A DNA stretch of 64,000 nucleotides from Methylibium sp. Lineage in GTDB: Bacteria > Pseudomonadota > Gammaproteobacteria > Burkholderiales > Burkholderiaceae_C. This document shows, one piece after another, positions 35,681-45,001 of the stretch (its first letter is position 1; every line of letters starts with the position of its first letter). The DNA is taken from NCBI GenBank assembly GCA_031382215.1, contig JANMYQ010000188.1, positions 8,249 through 72,248 on the forward strand. Direction: 5' to 3'. Under the pieces are notes generated by a model that did no database searches, was not told the DNA's origin, and saw nothing but the letters and a program-made list of their open reading frames with translations. The position numbers were made by a program, and so were the translations under genes.

Positions 35681-36475
35681 TTACGTGGCCAGTTGATCGC
35701 GCAGCCTGGTTTGAGCGCGCAGGATCAGCGATTTGACGGTGCCCAGCGGCAAGCCGGTCTGCTCACAGATTTCGCGGTGGGTCAGCTCGGCGTAGTAAGC
35801 CAGCCCGAGCACCCAGCGTTCGTGGGACGACAGCAGCGTCAGCGCCGCGTGCAGCCGCGTATCGGCCTGCGTGCCGCTGAGCAGTTCGTCCGGACCGGGC
35901 CGCTCGCTGGCGGTTTCGGACATCGATTCGGTGTCGGCTTCGACCTCGTGCGACGCGCGCTGGCGGCGCAGCAGGTCGAGCGCGCGGCTGCGCACCAGTG
36001 TCAGCAGCCAGGTCACGGCGCTGCCACGTTGAACGTCGAAGCGGGCGGCCTCGCGCCAGGCCTGGAAGTAGGCATCGGCGAGCAGGTCGTCCAGGTCGGA
36101 GGCTTTGACCATGCGGCGCGCCAGCGCGCGCGCGTAGCCGATGGTCGTGTCGTAGAAGGCTTCGAAGGCGGTGGTCTTGCCGGCGGCGGCTTCGGTCAGC
36201 AGGCCGGCCAGCAATGCATCCCGCTCGGCCCGATCGGAGTGAGCGGGGTGGGCGGGGTGGGCAGCCTTGCCCGGTTCGGCCGACGGGTCGGTCGGGTCCG
36301 AAGCCAATCTGGGGGCGGGGTTCAAGGGAGCCTGCTGGCGGTCCGACGTAAAGCCCGCAAAAGTTAGCACATCCTTCGCGCCAGCGCCAGCGCTTGCTGA
36401 AGCAGGCTCGCCCGACGTCACAAGGCGCGGCACAAAGCGCGCAGGCACGGCGGGGCGGGTGAGGGCGAGGCTCAT
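35681..36475 (-). CDS. ECF-family RNA polymerase sigma factor
   Basis: Sigma-2 region (FEAFYDTTIGYARALARRM...DLLADAYFQAWREAARFD) and sigma-4 region (LTHREICEQTGLPLGTVKSLILRAQTRL). The first ATG (36475) gives an Ala/Pro-rich N-terminal extension of about 85 aa with no SD, so the start is uncertain. Confidence 0.85.
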   Translation of the reverse strand: MSLALTRPAVPARFVPRLVTSGEPASASAGAGAKDVLTFAGFTSDRQQAPLNPAPRLASDPTDPSAEPGKAAHPAHPAHSDRAERDALLAGLLTEAAAGKTTAFEAFYDTTIGYARALARRMVKASDLDDLLADAYFQAWREAARFDVQRGSAVTWLLTLVRSRALDLLRRQRASHEVEADTESMSETASERPGPDELLSGTQADTRLHAALTLLSSHERWVLGLAYYAELTHREICEQTGLPLGTVKSLILRAQTRLRDQLAT

Positions 36476-36483
36476 GCTGCGTC

Positions 36484-36510
36484 TACGTGTGCCGCGTCGG
36501 CGTGGATGCA
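36484..36510 (-). promoter_or_regulatory. Candidate autoregulated ECF promoter (TGCATCC-N16-CGTA)
   Basis: The minus strand reads ggtTGCATCCacgccgacgcggcacaCGTAgac, immediately upstream of ATG 36475. It resembles my recollection of RpoE/ChrR-group promoters (TGATCC...CGTA). Unverified. Confidence 0.25.
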
Positions 36511-36513
36511 ACC

Positions 36514-36559
36514 GGGCAGCCTGCAATCGGGGCAGCCTGCCATCGGGCAGCCTGCATTC
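36514..36559. repeat. Three tandem 15-16-nt repeats GGGCAGCCTGC(A/C)(A/T)TC in the divergent sigma/SRPBCC promoter region
   Basis: Read directly from the sequence: gggcagcctgcaatc ggggcagcctgccatc gggcagcctgcattc, followed by a partial ggga. Confidence 0.9.
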
Positions 36560-36644
36560 GGGAAGCGAAATGCGCTGCATCCGGCGCGCCCGCTGGTTCG
36601 TAGACACCGGCAGTGGCCCCGCCCGAACCCCGAAGGAGACCGCC

Positions 36645-37130
36645 ATGACCCGCTACGCCGAAGTCCAGCACAGTGAATGGATCGATGCCCCACCCACCAC
36701 GGTGCGCTCGCAATTTGCCGACCTGGAGCACCACATCCGCAGCAACGTGCACCCCAAGCTGCGCTTCGAGTTGCTGTCCCAGGGCCCGAACCGAGCCCGC
36801 TTCGTGCAGGAAGTGCGCCTGCTGGGCCTGCGCCAGCGCGACGTGTTCGAGCGCCACATCACCGAAGACGGCTCGATGTGCGACCTGTCGGTGGAAGGCT
36901 TCAACCAGGGCGGTTCGCTCAACTTCGGCTTCGTGCCCGAGCGCGGCGGCACGCGGGTGGACATCACGATCAAGCTGCCGATGCCCGGGCCGATGTTCCT
37001 GCTGCGCCGGCTGCTGGAGGCGCAGGTCCGGCGCGAAGTTCGCGCCGCGGCGCTGGAGGACAAGCGCGACATCGAGCAGCGCGGTTATGCGGCGCGGCCG
37101 GACGCGGCGAGCTTTCAGTTGGCAGCCTGA
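36645..37130 (+). CDS. SRPBCC (START/polyketide-cyclase-like) family protein
   Basis: GAAGGAGA RBS before ATG 36645. A 161-aa mixed alpha/beta protein beginning MTRYAEVQHSEWIDAPPTTVRSQFADLEHH, typical of SRPBCC N-termini. Assigned by eye. Confidence 0.7.
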   Translation: MTRYAEVQHSEWIDAPPTTVRSQFADLEHHIRSNVHPKLRFELLSQGPNRARFVQEVRLLGLRQRDVFERHITEDGSMCDLSVEGFNQGGSLNFGFVPERGGTRVDITIKLPMPGPMFLLRRLLEAQVRREVRAAALEDKRDIEQRGYAARPDAASFQLAA

Positions 37131-37146
37131 TGCGCTCTCGCCGCGG

Positions 37147-37656
37147 TCAAGGCGCCGCGGCCATTTGGGCTCGAATCGCTTCGACCCGCGCCCGGTTCAG
37201 GCCACGGTCGCCATGCCCGATGCGCGACGCCGAACGCACCTGCACCACACTGGCCGCCGGGTCGAACCAGAACTCCACATCGTCGACGAACTTCATCAGC
37301 GGCGTGGTGAACTGCGCGTACAGGTAGGCGGGCTCGCTCTTCACCACCCGTGCGCCGGGCATGGCCTCGACGATGCCGCGCAGCCGTGCCAGCGTGGCCG
37401 GGCCGTCACCCTTGAGTGGCAGCGGCTCGATCTGCGCAAACTCGCGCCGCGGGTGGTCGGGGTACAGCGCTGCCTGGCTGCTCACGCTGTTGGGCGTCTG
37501 GGCCGGGGGTTTCAGCCGGCCGTCGCGCACGCCCAGGTTGGCGGGCGCCTTGCCCTGCAGCAGCCCGAGCTGACCGGCCAGCACGGCCGCGGCGACCAGG
37601 ACCACGACGCCGATCAACAACCACTTCAAGACCACCATGCGATGCCCCTCGTTCAT
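37147..37656 (-). CDS. DUF1499 family protein (N-terminal membrane anchor)
   Basis: TM (MVVLKWLLIGVVVLVAAAVLAG), then PNSVSSQA...YLYAQFTTPLMKFVDDVEFWFD...VQVRSASRIGHGDRGLNRARVE, as remembered for DUF1499. Confidence 0.8.
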   Translation of the reverse strand: MNEGHRMVVLKWLLIGVVVLVAAAVLAGQLGLLQGKAPANLGVRDGRLKPPAQTPNSVSSQAALYPDHPRREFAQIEPLPLKGDGPATLARLRGIVEAMPGARVVKSEPAYLYAQFTTPLMKFVDDVEFWFDPAASVVQVRSASRIGHGDRGLNRARVEAIRAQMAAAP

Positions 37657-37739
37657 GCGGGGGCGATTGTGACCGCGTGGTGATAATCCGACCGCTGCAG
37701 CGTTCAGCGACGCCCCTTTCCTGCGGCCGGAGACCCGTG

Positions 37740-39476
37740 ATGAGATTCTTCAAACCCCTGGCCTTGTGGCCGATGGGCTGTGCACTGGCAATCGGCTTTT
37801 GGGGCTGTGCGCCACTGCCACTGCCACCGGCGTCGGCCCCGCCACCGCCGGTGCCTCCGCGCACCGCGCCGCCGACGCCGACGCCGACGCCACCGCTGCC
37901 GCTGCCGCTGCCTGGCGTGCCACCGCCCGCGGTGGCGCCGGTTGTTCCATACAGCGCCGCCGTGGCCGCGCGCTTCCCCGACCCCCCGGTGGACTACGCC
38001 ACGCCTGCCTTCCAGGACGCGCGCACCGGCTTCACCACCAACGCCGAAGTGCAGACCCTGCTGCGCTCGCTGGCGACGCCGGGTGAAGCGGCCGGCCAGC
38101 CCAGCGTCACCGTGCTGAGCCTCGGCAGCTCGCAGAACGGTGTGCCGATCGAAGCGCTGCTGTTCAGCCGCGTGGGCGACCTGGCCCAGCGCGCCGCGCG
38201 CCCGACCGTGCTGCTGGTGGGCCAGCAGCACGGCGACGAACCGGCCGGCAGCGAGGCCTTGCTGGTCATCGCGCAGGAGCTGGCGCGGGGTCCGTTGATC
38301 CGCCTGCTGGACCGCATCAACGTGATCGTGCTGCCGCGCGCCAACCCCGATGGCGCGCAGGATGGCCGGCGCGTCACCGCCAGCGGCATCGATGCCAACC
38401 GCGACCACCTGCTGCTGCGCACGCCCGAGGCCCAGGCCCAGGCGCAACTGGTGCGCGAGTACCAGCCGATGGTGGTGATCGACGCACACGAATACACCGT
38501 GGTCGGGCGCTACCTCGAGAAGTTCGGCACCGTGCAGCGTTTCGATGCGTTGGTCCAGTACGCGATGACGGCCAACCTGCCGCCCTTCATCAGCAAGGCC
38601 GCGGAAGAGTGGTTCCGCGAACCGCTGCTGGCCGGCCTGAAGGAGCAGGGCCTCACGGCCGAGTGGTACTACACCACCTCGACCGACCTGCAGGACAAGA
38701 AGATCTCGATGGGTGGCACGCAGCCCGACACCGGGCGCAACGTCAACGGGCTGAAGAACGCGGTCAGCATCCTGATCGAGACGCGCGGCGTGGGCATCGG
38801 CCGGCTGCACCTGAAGCGCCGAGTGCACACGCACGTGACGGCCATGCGCAGCGTGCTGCAAAGTGCGCATGCGCGTGCGCCCGACCTGTTGAAGCTTCGC
38901 CAGTTCGTCGACAACGACGTGAGCCTGCAGGCGTGCCGCGGCGAGGTGGTGGTCGAGGCCGCGCCCACCCCCACCGAGTACACGCTGCTGATGCTGGACC
39001 CGGTCAGCGGCGCCGACAAGCCGCTCGCCGTCGCCTGGGATTCGGCGCTGGAGCTGCGCCCGCTGAAGACCCGCGCGCGCCCCTGCGGCTACTGGCTCGC
39101 GGCCGACCAGCAAGACGCGGTGGCGCGCCTGCGCAGCCTGGGCGTGCAGGTGCGCCGGATCACCGAGAACGGCGTGGCGCGCGGCGAGACCTACACCGAG
39201 ACGGCGCGCGAAGAAGGCGCCCGCCTCGACGTGCGCGGCACGATCGCAGACGCCGCGCCGCTGCTGCGCCTGCAGGTGCAACTGGTGCCGGCGCTGATCG
39301 ACGTGCCGGTGGGCAGCTTCTATGTGCCGCTGGACCAGCCACTGGCCAACCTGGTGGTGGCGGCGCTGGAGCCGGACACGCAGAACAGTTATGTCGCCAA
39401 CCGCATCGTTCGCGACCTGGCGGCGCAGGTGCGCGTGCTGGCCCGGCCAGAACTGAAGAGTGTGGCGGTGCCTTGA
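37740..39476 (+). CDS. M14-family zinc carboxypeptidase-like lipoprotein with Pro-rich linker
   Basis: ATG at 37740 (MRFFKPLALWPMGCALAIGFWGC lipobox). Pro-rich linker (PPPPVPPRTAPPTPTPTPPLPLPLP). GQQHGDEPAGSEA (HxxE zinc motif) and ANPDG blocks. Confidence 0.85.
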   Translation: MRFFKPLALWPMGCALAIGFWGCAPLPLPPASAPPPPVPPRTAPPTPTPTPPLPLPLPGVPPPAVAPVVPYSAAVAARFPDPPVDYATPAFQDARTGFTTNAEVQTLLRSLATPGEAAGQPSVTVLSLGSSQNGVPIEALLFSRVGDLAQRAARPTVLLVGQQHGDEPAGSEALLVIAQELARGPLIRLLDRINVIVLPRANPDGAQDGRRVTASGIDANRDHLLLRTPEAQAQAQLVREYQPMVVIDAHEYTVVGRYLEKFGTVQRFDALVQYAMTANLPPFISKAAEEWFREPLLAGLKEQGLTAEWYYTTSTDLQDKKISMGGTQPDTGRNVNGLKNAVSILIETRGVGIGRLHLKRRVHTHVTAMRSVLQSAHARAPDLLKLRQFVDNDVSLQACRGEVVVEAAPTPTEYTLLMLDPVSGADKPLAVAWDSALELRPLKTRARPCGYWLAADQQDAVARLRSLGVQVRRITENGVARGETYTETAREEGARLDVRGTIADAAPLLRLQVQLVPALIDVPVGSFYVPLDQPLANLVVAALEPDTQNSYVANRIVRDLAAQVRVLARPELKSVAVP

Positions 39477-39503
39477 ACATTTCGATCTGACGGAGGAAAA
39501 CCA

Positions 39504-39968
39504 ATGAAGAAGATTCTTGCGGTGCTGTTCGTGCTGGCGGCGTGCGGTGCCGCGGCCGACCAGGTCGGTGAAGTCGACACGGTGTTCAAGTTCATCGGGC
39601 CGGATCACAAGATCGTGGTCGATGCGCACGACGACCCCGGTGTACAGGGCGTCACCTGCTATGTGTCTCGCGCCAAGACCGGCGGCATCAAAGGCGCGCT
39701 GGGGCTGGCCGAAGACAAGGCCGAGGCGTCGATCGCCTGCCGTCAGGTCGGCCCGATCGTCATTTCCAAGCCGCTGCCGCAGCAGGAGGACGTTTACACC
39801 GAACGCATCTCGCTGGTGTTCAAGAAGCTGCGCGTCGTGCGCATGGTCGATGCCAAGCGCAACACGCTGGTCTACCTGACCTATTCCGACCGCGTGATCG
39901 AAGGTTCACCGCAGAACAGCGTCACCGCGGTGGCGGTGGATCGCGGTACGCCGATTCCGGTGAAGTAG
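39504..39968 (+). CDS. creA: CreA family protein
   Basis: [65 protein letters not shown] is nearly colinear with remembered E. coli CreA. Confidence 0.85.
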   Translation: MKKILAVLFVLAACGAAADQVGEVDTVFKFIGPDHKIVVDAHDDPGVQGVTCYVSRAKTGGIKGALGLAEDKAEASIACRQVGPIVISKPLPQQEDVYTERISLVFKKLRVVRMVDAKRNTLVYLTYSDRVIEGSPQNSVTAVAVDRGTPIPVK

Positions 39969-40038
39969 CGGCGCGGCTGCATCCAGCGCGGGGTGGGCTT
40001 CGTAGACCCGGCATGTTCAACCTGCCGAGGAGCGATTC

Positions 40039-40440
40039 ATGACCCCGATCGAACGAGTTCAGCAGATGTACGGCGACTTCGGGCGCGGCGACGTGCCCGC
40101 CATCCTGGCGCAATTGGCCGATGACGTGGAGTGGGAGTACAACACCTTCCCCAATCCGATCCCCTGGCTGCAACCGATCAAGGGCCGCGCCAACGTGGCG
40201 CGTTTCTTCGAGGCGCTGCAGGCCACCGACATCACCCAGTTCGAGCCGAAGCACTTCTTCTCGGCCGGCAACCTGGTGGTCGACCTGGTCGACGTGACCC
40301 TGACCGTCAAGGCCACAGGCAAGAAGGTGGTCGAGCCGGAGACGGTGCACATCTGGCACTTCAACGATGCTGGCAAGGTGGCGAAATTCCGCCACCGCGC
40401 GGACACCTGGCAGTCGGTTCAGGCGATCAAGGGCGATTGA
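40039..40440 (+). CDS. NTF2-like (SnoaL-type) family protein
   Basis: 133 aa. MTPIERVQQMYGDFGRGDVPAILAQLADDVEWE is typical of SnoaL-like polyketide-cyclase-fold proteins. GAGGAG RBS. Confidence 0.8.
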   Translation: MTPIERVQQMYGDFGRGDVPAILAQLADDVEWEYNTFPNPIPWLQPIKGRANVARFFEALQATDITQFEPKHFFSAGNLVVDLVDVTLTVKATGKKVVEPETVHIWHFNDAGKVAKFRHRADTWQSVQAIKGD

Positions 40441-40449
40441 CGGGTAGAT

Positions 40450-40559
40450 CCTCAGTCGCGGGCATCGAGCCCGCTCCTTCGCCGATCGCTTCGCTGGTCG
40501 ATCCCCAAGGGGACCGGAGGGCCCCTTCGTGGCCCAGCGGGGCCCCTCGCCCTTCGCTC
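40450..40559. repeat. REP-like intergenic repeat, copy 1 (57-nt core + 31-nt insert + 22-nt tail)
   Basis: The core cctcagtcgcgggcatcgagcccgctccttcgccgatcgcttcgctggtcgatcccc contains the hairpin gcgggc-atcga-gcccgc. The tail is cggggcccctcgcccttcgctc. Confidence 0.85.
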
Positions 40560-40563
40560 CGCG

Positions 40564-40647
40564 CCTCAGTCGCGGGCATCGAGCCCGCTCCTTCGCCGAT
40601 CGCTTCGCTGGTCGATCCCCGTGGACGGGGCCCCTCGCCCTTCGCTC
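40564..40647. repeat. REP-like intergenic repeat, copy 2 (identical 57-nt core, short spacer, identical 22-nt tail)
   Basis: The 57-nt core at 40564-40620 is identical to 40450-40506. The tail at 40626-40647 is identical to 40538-40559. Confidence 0.85.
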
Positions 40648-40654
40648 TCGCGCT

Positions 40655-42223
40655 CTACCGCCTCCGCCCGCCGCCCAGAATGCCGCCGAGAACGCCGCGG
40701 ATGATCTCGCGGCCGACTGCGGAGCCGACGCTGCGCATGGCCGAGCGCGCGGCCGATTCGGCCAGCCCCTCGCGCTTGCCGCCGCGCGGGCCGGTGGAGC
40801 CGAACAGCACGTCCTTCAGGCCGCCGAGCAGGCCGCCGTCGGAGGGTTGCTGCTGTGCCGACCCACCCGAAGCGCCACCGGCCTTGCCGGCCGGCGCGGG
40901 GGCGTCGTCCATCTCCTTGGCGATGTCGGCGCTCTGCGCGGCTCGGCCCTTGAGCTTTTCGTAGGCCGATTCGCGGTCGACGGTTTTTTCGTAGACGCCC
41001 GCCACCAGCGAGCCGGCGATCAGTGCCTTGCGCTGATCCGGCGAGATCGGGCCGATCTGGCTGCCGGGCGGAATCACGAACACGCGCTCGGTCACGCTCG
41101 GCCGGCCCTTGGCGTCGAGGAAACTCACCAGTGCCTCGCCGACCGCCAGTTCGGTGATCGCGGCTTCGACGTCGAGCTTGGGGTTCGGGCGCATCGTGCT
41201 GGCGGCCGACTTGACGGCCTTCTGGTCGCGCGGCGTGAAGGCGCGCAGCGCGTGCTGCACCCGGTTGCCGAGTTGCGCCAGCACCGTGTCGGGAATGTCG
41301 AGCGGGTTCTGAGTCACGAAGTACACGCCCACGCCCTTGCTGCGTACCAAGCGCACCACCAGTTCGATGCGCTCGACCAGCGCGGCCGGCGCTTCCTTGA
41401 ACAGCAGGTGCGCTTCGTCGAAGAAGAACACCAGCTTGGGCTGCTCCAGGTCGCCGACCTCGGGCAGTTGTTCGAACAGCTCGCTGAGCATCCACAGCAG
41501 GAAGGTCGCATACAGGCGCGGACTGTTCATCAGCTGGTCGGCGGCCAGGATGTTGATGACGCCGCGGCCCTCGACCGTCTGCATGAAGTCTGCGATGTTG
41601 AGCATCGGCTCGCCGAAGAAACGATCGCCGCCCTGTTCATCGATCTGCAGCACGCCGCGTTGAATGGCGCCGATGCTGGCGGCGCTGACGTTGCCGTATT
41701 CGGTCTGGAACTGCGATGAGTTGTCGCCCACGAACTGCAGCATCGCGCGCAGGTCCTTCAGGTCGAGCAGCGCCATGCCGTTGTCGTCGGCGATCTTGAA
41801 CACCAGCGCCAGCACGCCCTGCTGGGTTTCGTTCAGCGCCAGCATGCGGGCCAGCAGCAGTGGGCCCATGTCGCTCACGGTGGCGCGCACCGGGTGGCCC
41901 TGGGCTTTGGTGGCGTCGGCGAACACGTCCCACAAGGTGGCGGGGCAGGCCACGGGCGCGGGCAGGTCCAGGCCGCGTTCCTTCAGCACGGCGGCGAGCT
42001 TGTCGCCGATCTTGCCGGTCTGGGTGATGCCGGTCAGGTCGCCCTTCACGTCGGCCATGAAGACCGGAACGCCGATGTGGCTGAAGTGTTCGGCCAGCGT
42101 CTGCAGACTGATGGTCTTGCCGGTGCCGGTGGCGCCGGTGATCAGGCCATGGCGGTTGGCCATTGCCGGCAGCAGGAAACATTCGATGGCGGCGTGCTTG
42201 GCAATCAGAAACGGGTCGGCCAT
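40655..42223 (-). CDS. HerA-like helicase domain protein (DUF853/YjgR family P-loop NTPase)
   Basis: ATG at 42223 ([10 protein letters not shown]). Walker A is [16 protein letters not shown] and Walker B-like is [12 protein letters not shown]. The C-terminal tail is Gly/Arg-rich. Confidence 0.9.
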   Translation of the reverse strand: MADPFLIAKHAAIECFLLPAMANRHGLITGATGTGKTISLQTLAEHFSHIGVPVFMADVKGDLTGITQTGKIGDKLAAVLKERGLDLPAPVACPATLWDVFADATKAQGHPVRATVSDMGPLLLARMLALNETQQGVLALVFKIADDNGMALLDLKDLRAMLQFVGDNSSQFQTEYGNVSAASIGAIQRGVLQIDEQGGDRFFGEPMLNIADFMQTVEGRGVINILAADQLMNSPRLYATFLLWMLSELFEQLPEVGDLEQPKLVFFFDEAHLLFKEAPAALVERIELVVRLVRSKGVGVYFVTQNPLDIPDTVLAQLGNRVQHALRAFTPRDQKAVKSAASTMRPNPKLDVEAAITELAVGEALVSFLDAKGRPSVTERVFVIPPGSQIGPISPDQRKALIAGSLVAGVYEKTVDRESAYEKLKGRAAQSADIAKEMDDAPAPAGKAGGASGGSAQQQPSDGGLLGGLKDVLFGSTGPRGGKREGLAESAARSAMRSVGSAVGREIIRGVLGGILGGGRRR

Positions 42224-42390
42224 GGGGAAACTCCGGGGCAGTTCGAACCTTGAGACGCAGGGCGGGCGGCGCGTTTGTGGCGCGTATGTGGCATTTGGGG
42301 AACAGGCCGCCACGTAAAATCGCAGTCTATCCAACAAACACGGCAAGCCGCCCGACTTCGGGCAACGCAGCTTGCGCAAGAGGAGGCTTC

Positions 42391-43116
42391 ATGGCCGGGC
42401 ATTCCAAGTGGGCCAACATCCAGCACCGCAAAGGTCGCCAGGACGAGAAGCGAGGCAAGATCTGGACCCGTGTGATCCGCGAAATCACCGTGGCTGCCCG
42501 CCAGGCCGGCGGTGACCCGGCGATGAACCCACGCCTGCGCCTGGCCATCGACAAGGCCAAGGCCGCCAACATGCCGGCCGACCGCGTGAAGTACAACGTC
42601 GAGAAGGCCTCGGGCACGCTCGAAGGGCTGAGCTACGAAGAAATCCGCTACGAGGGTTACGGCATCGGCGGCGCGGCGATCATCGTCGATTGCATGACCG
42701 ACAACCGTGTGCGAACGGTCGCCGAAGTGCGCCACGCCTTCAGCAAATATGGCGGCAACATGGGCACCGAAGGCTCGGTGGCGTTCCAGTTCAAGCACTG
42801 CGGGCAGTTCGTGTTCGCGCCCGGCACGAGTGAAGACAAGGTGATGGAAGTGGCGCTGGAAGCCGGTGCCGAAGACGTGGTGACCGATGACGATGGTGCG
42901 GTGGAAGTGCTGTGCGCCCCGCCCGACTTCGAGAAGGTGAAGATCGCGCTCGAAGCGGCCGGCCTCAAGCCGGAACTGGCCGAAGTGACGATGCGTGCCG
43001 AGAACACGATCGACCTGATGGGCGACGACGCGCAGCGCATGCAGAAGCTGCTGGACATCATCGAAGACCTGGACGACACGCAGGCTGTCTTTCACAACGC
43101 CGTGATCAACGAATGA
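42391..43116 (+). CDS. yebC: YebC/PmpR family DNA-binding transcriptional regulator
   Basis: [27 protein letters not shown]... with AGGAGG RBS. Confidence 0.95.
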   Translation: MAGHSKWANIQHRKGRQDEKRGKIWTRVIREITVAARQAGGDPAMNPRLRLAIDKAKAANMPADRVKYNVEKASGTLEGLSYEEIRYEGYGIGGAAIIVDCMTDNRVRTVAEVRHAFSKYGGNMGTEGSVAFQFKHCGQFVFAPGTSEDKVMEVALEAGAEDVVTDDDGAVEVLCAPPDFEKVKIALEAAGLKPELAEVTMRAENTIDLMGDDAQRMQKLLDIIEDLDDTQAVFHNAVINE

Positions 43117-44405
43117 AGGTCCTCGTCATCGGCAACGGCGGCCGCGAGCACGCGCTGGCGTGGAAGCTGGCGCAGTCGCCCAAGGTGCAGATGGTGTTCG
43201 TGGCCCCCGGCAACGGCGGTACCGCGGCCGACCCGCGGCTGCGCAACGTGCCGATCACCGAGCTGTCGGCCCTGGCTGACTTCGCGCAGCACGAGAAGAT
43301 CGCGCTCACCGTCGTGGGCCCAGAGGGGCCGCTCGCGGCCGGTGTGGTCGACCTGTTCCGCAACCGCGGGCTGCGCGTGTTCGGGCCCACGCAGGCGGCG
43401 GCGCAACTCGAAAGCTCCAAGGCCTACGCCAAGGAGTTCATGCGGCGCCACCAAATTCCGACCGCAGCGCACCAGACCTTCGGCGACGCCGCCCAGGCTC
43501 ACGCGTACGTGGATGGCAAGGGCGCACCGATCGTCATCAAGGCCGACGGCCTGGCGGCGGGCAAGGGCGTGGTGGTGGCCACCACCTTGGCGCAGGCGCA
43601 CGAGGCGATCGACTGGATGCTCACGGGCAACGCTGCCGACAACAAGCTGGGCGTGCAGCACAACGTCGGCGGCGCGCGCGTGGTGATCGAAGACTTTCTC
43701 GAAGGCGAGGAAGCCAGCTTCATCGTGTTGTGCGATGGCAGGCACGTGCTCTCGCTGGCCACCAGCCAGGACCACAAGCGCCTGCTCGACGACGACCAGG
43801 GCCCCAACACCGGCGGCATGGGCGCCTACTCCCCCGCGCCGGTGGTCACGCCCAACGTGCATGCCAAGGTGATGCACGAGATCATCCTGCCCACCATCCA
43901 GGGCATGGCGCGCGACGGGCATGTGTACACCGGCTTCCTGTATGCCGGGCTGATGATCGACTCTCACGGCCAGCCGCGCACTGTCGAATTCAACTGCCGC
44001 TTGGGCGACCCCGAAACGCAACCGATCCTGATGCGCCTGAAGAGCGACCTCGTCGACGTGCTGATGCACGCCACCGACGGCACGCTCGACCAGGCCGCGC
44101 TCGAATGGGACCGGCGTGTGGCGCTCGGTGTGGTGATGGCCAGCGCGGGTTACCCGCTAGCCCCGCGCAAGGGCGATGCGATCCATGGCCTGCCAGCTGA
44201 AAGCGCTGATGCGATGGTGTTTCACGCCGGCACCTCGGCTGGTGGCGGCGCGCTGCTCACCTCGGGTGGCCGCGTGCTGTGCGTCACCGCGCTCGGCGAC
44301 TCGGTGAAGCTGGCGCAGCAGCGTGCCTACGATGCACTGAGCAGCATCCACTTCGACGGCGCGCAGTACCGCCGCGACATTGGGCACCGGGCCATCAAGC
44401 GGTGA
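43113..44405 (+). CDS. purD: Phosphoribosylamine--glycine ligase
   Basis: [23 protein letters not shown]... with ATP-grasp blocks. ATGA overlap with the yebC stop. Confidence 0.95.
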   Translation: MKVLVIGNGGREHALAWKLAQSPKVQMVFVAPGNGGTAADPRLRNVPITELSALADFAQHEKIALTVVGPEGPLAAGVVDLFRNRGLRVFGPTQAAAQLESSKAYAKEFMRRHQIPTAAHQTFGDAAQAHAYVDGKGAPIVIKADGLAAGKGVVVATTLAQAHEAIDWMLTGNAADNKLGVQHNVGGARVVIEDFLEGEEASFIVLCDGRHVLSLATSQDHKRLLDDDQGPNTGGMGAYSPAPVVTPNVHAKVMHEIILPTIQGMARDGHVYTGFLYAGLMIDSHGQPRTVEFNCRLGDPETQPILMRLKSDLVDVLMHATDGTLDQAALEWDRRVALGVVMASAGYPLAPRKGDAIHGLPAESADAMVFHAGTSAGGGALLTSGGRVLCVTALGDSVKLAQQRAYDALSSIHFDGAQYRRDIGHRAIKR

Positions 44406-45001
44406 CCGCCGATTTGCCGATTCAGCTGAAGGGCAGTGCGCTCGCCCAGCGCGTGTTGCGTTTGGCCGGCTGGCGTCTGCGCTTCAAGGGCCTGCCGGCA
44501 CGCCAGGGGGTGCTGATCGTCTACCCGCACACCTCGAACTGGGATTTCATCGTCGGCATTCTTGCCAAGTGGGGCATCGGCATCACGGTGACGTTCTGGG
44601 GCAAGGACAGCCTGTTCCGGCTGCCGCTGTTCGGGCCGTGGTTGCGCTGGCTGGGGGGCGTGCCGGTGGATCGCGGCTCGGCCAACGGCATCGTCGGGCA
44701 GATGGCGCGCGAGCTGGTGGCGGCACGCGAGCAGGGGCGATTCTTGTGGCTGGCGCTGGCGCCCGAGGGCACGCGCAAGCATGCCAGCGCGTGGCGCTCG
44801 GGCTTTTATCATGTGGCCCGTGAAGCACAGGTTCCGCTTGGGCTGGCGTACCTGGACTACGGCCGGCGTGAGGTCGGCGTGGAACACTTCATGATGCTCG
44901 GCGGCGACGTGCAGGCCGACATGGCACAGATCCGCCAACAACTTTGCTCGCGCACCGGCCGGCACCCCGAGCGCGCGGCACCTATCGAACTGAATCCATG
45001 A
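44402..45001 (+). CDS. Lysophospholipid acyltransferase (PlsC/LPLAT) family protein
   Basis: GTG at 44402 (GTGA overlap with the purD stop). HTSNWD (Hx4D) and APEGTR motifs. The start codon choice is inferred. Confidence 0.75.
   Translation: MTADLPIQLKGSALAQRVLRLAGWRLRFKGLPARQGVLIVYPHTSNWDFIVGILAKWGIGITVTFWGKDSLFRLPLFGPWLRWLGGVPVDRGSANGIVGQMARELVAAREQGRFLWLALAPEGTRKHASAWRSGFYHVAREAQVPLGLAYLDYGRREVGVEHFMMLGGDVQADMAQIRQQLCSRTGRHPERAAPIELNP

Noticed and set aside
37704-39629. 641-aa antisense ORF opposite the M14 peptidase and creA. Similar antisense or alternate-frame ORFs occur at 59181-60935 (opposite tolB/pal), 61641-63317 (opposite cpoB/yeeE), 44857-46053 (opposite hemF), 17245-18204 (opposite dusC) and 4190-5746 (alternate frame of the GMC gene).
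   Set aside because: All have low-complexity R/A/G/P/H-rich translations without motifs, while the opposing or alternate frame encodes a clearly recognisable protein. They are treated as high-GC artefacts.
40450-40647. A CRISPR array, considered because of identical direct repeats in an intergenic region.
   Set aside because: Only two copies are present, 57 nt long with shared flanking tails, and there are no cas genes in the window. The pattern fits a REP/MITE-like element instead.
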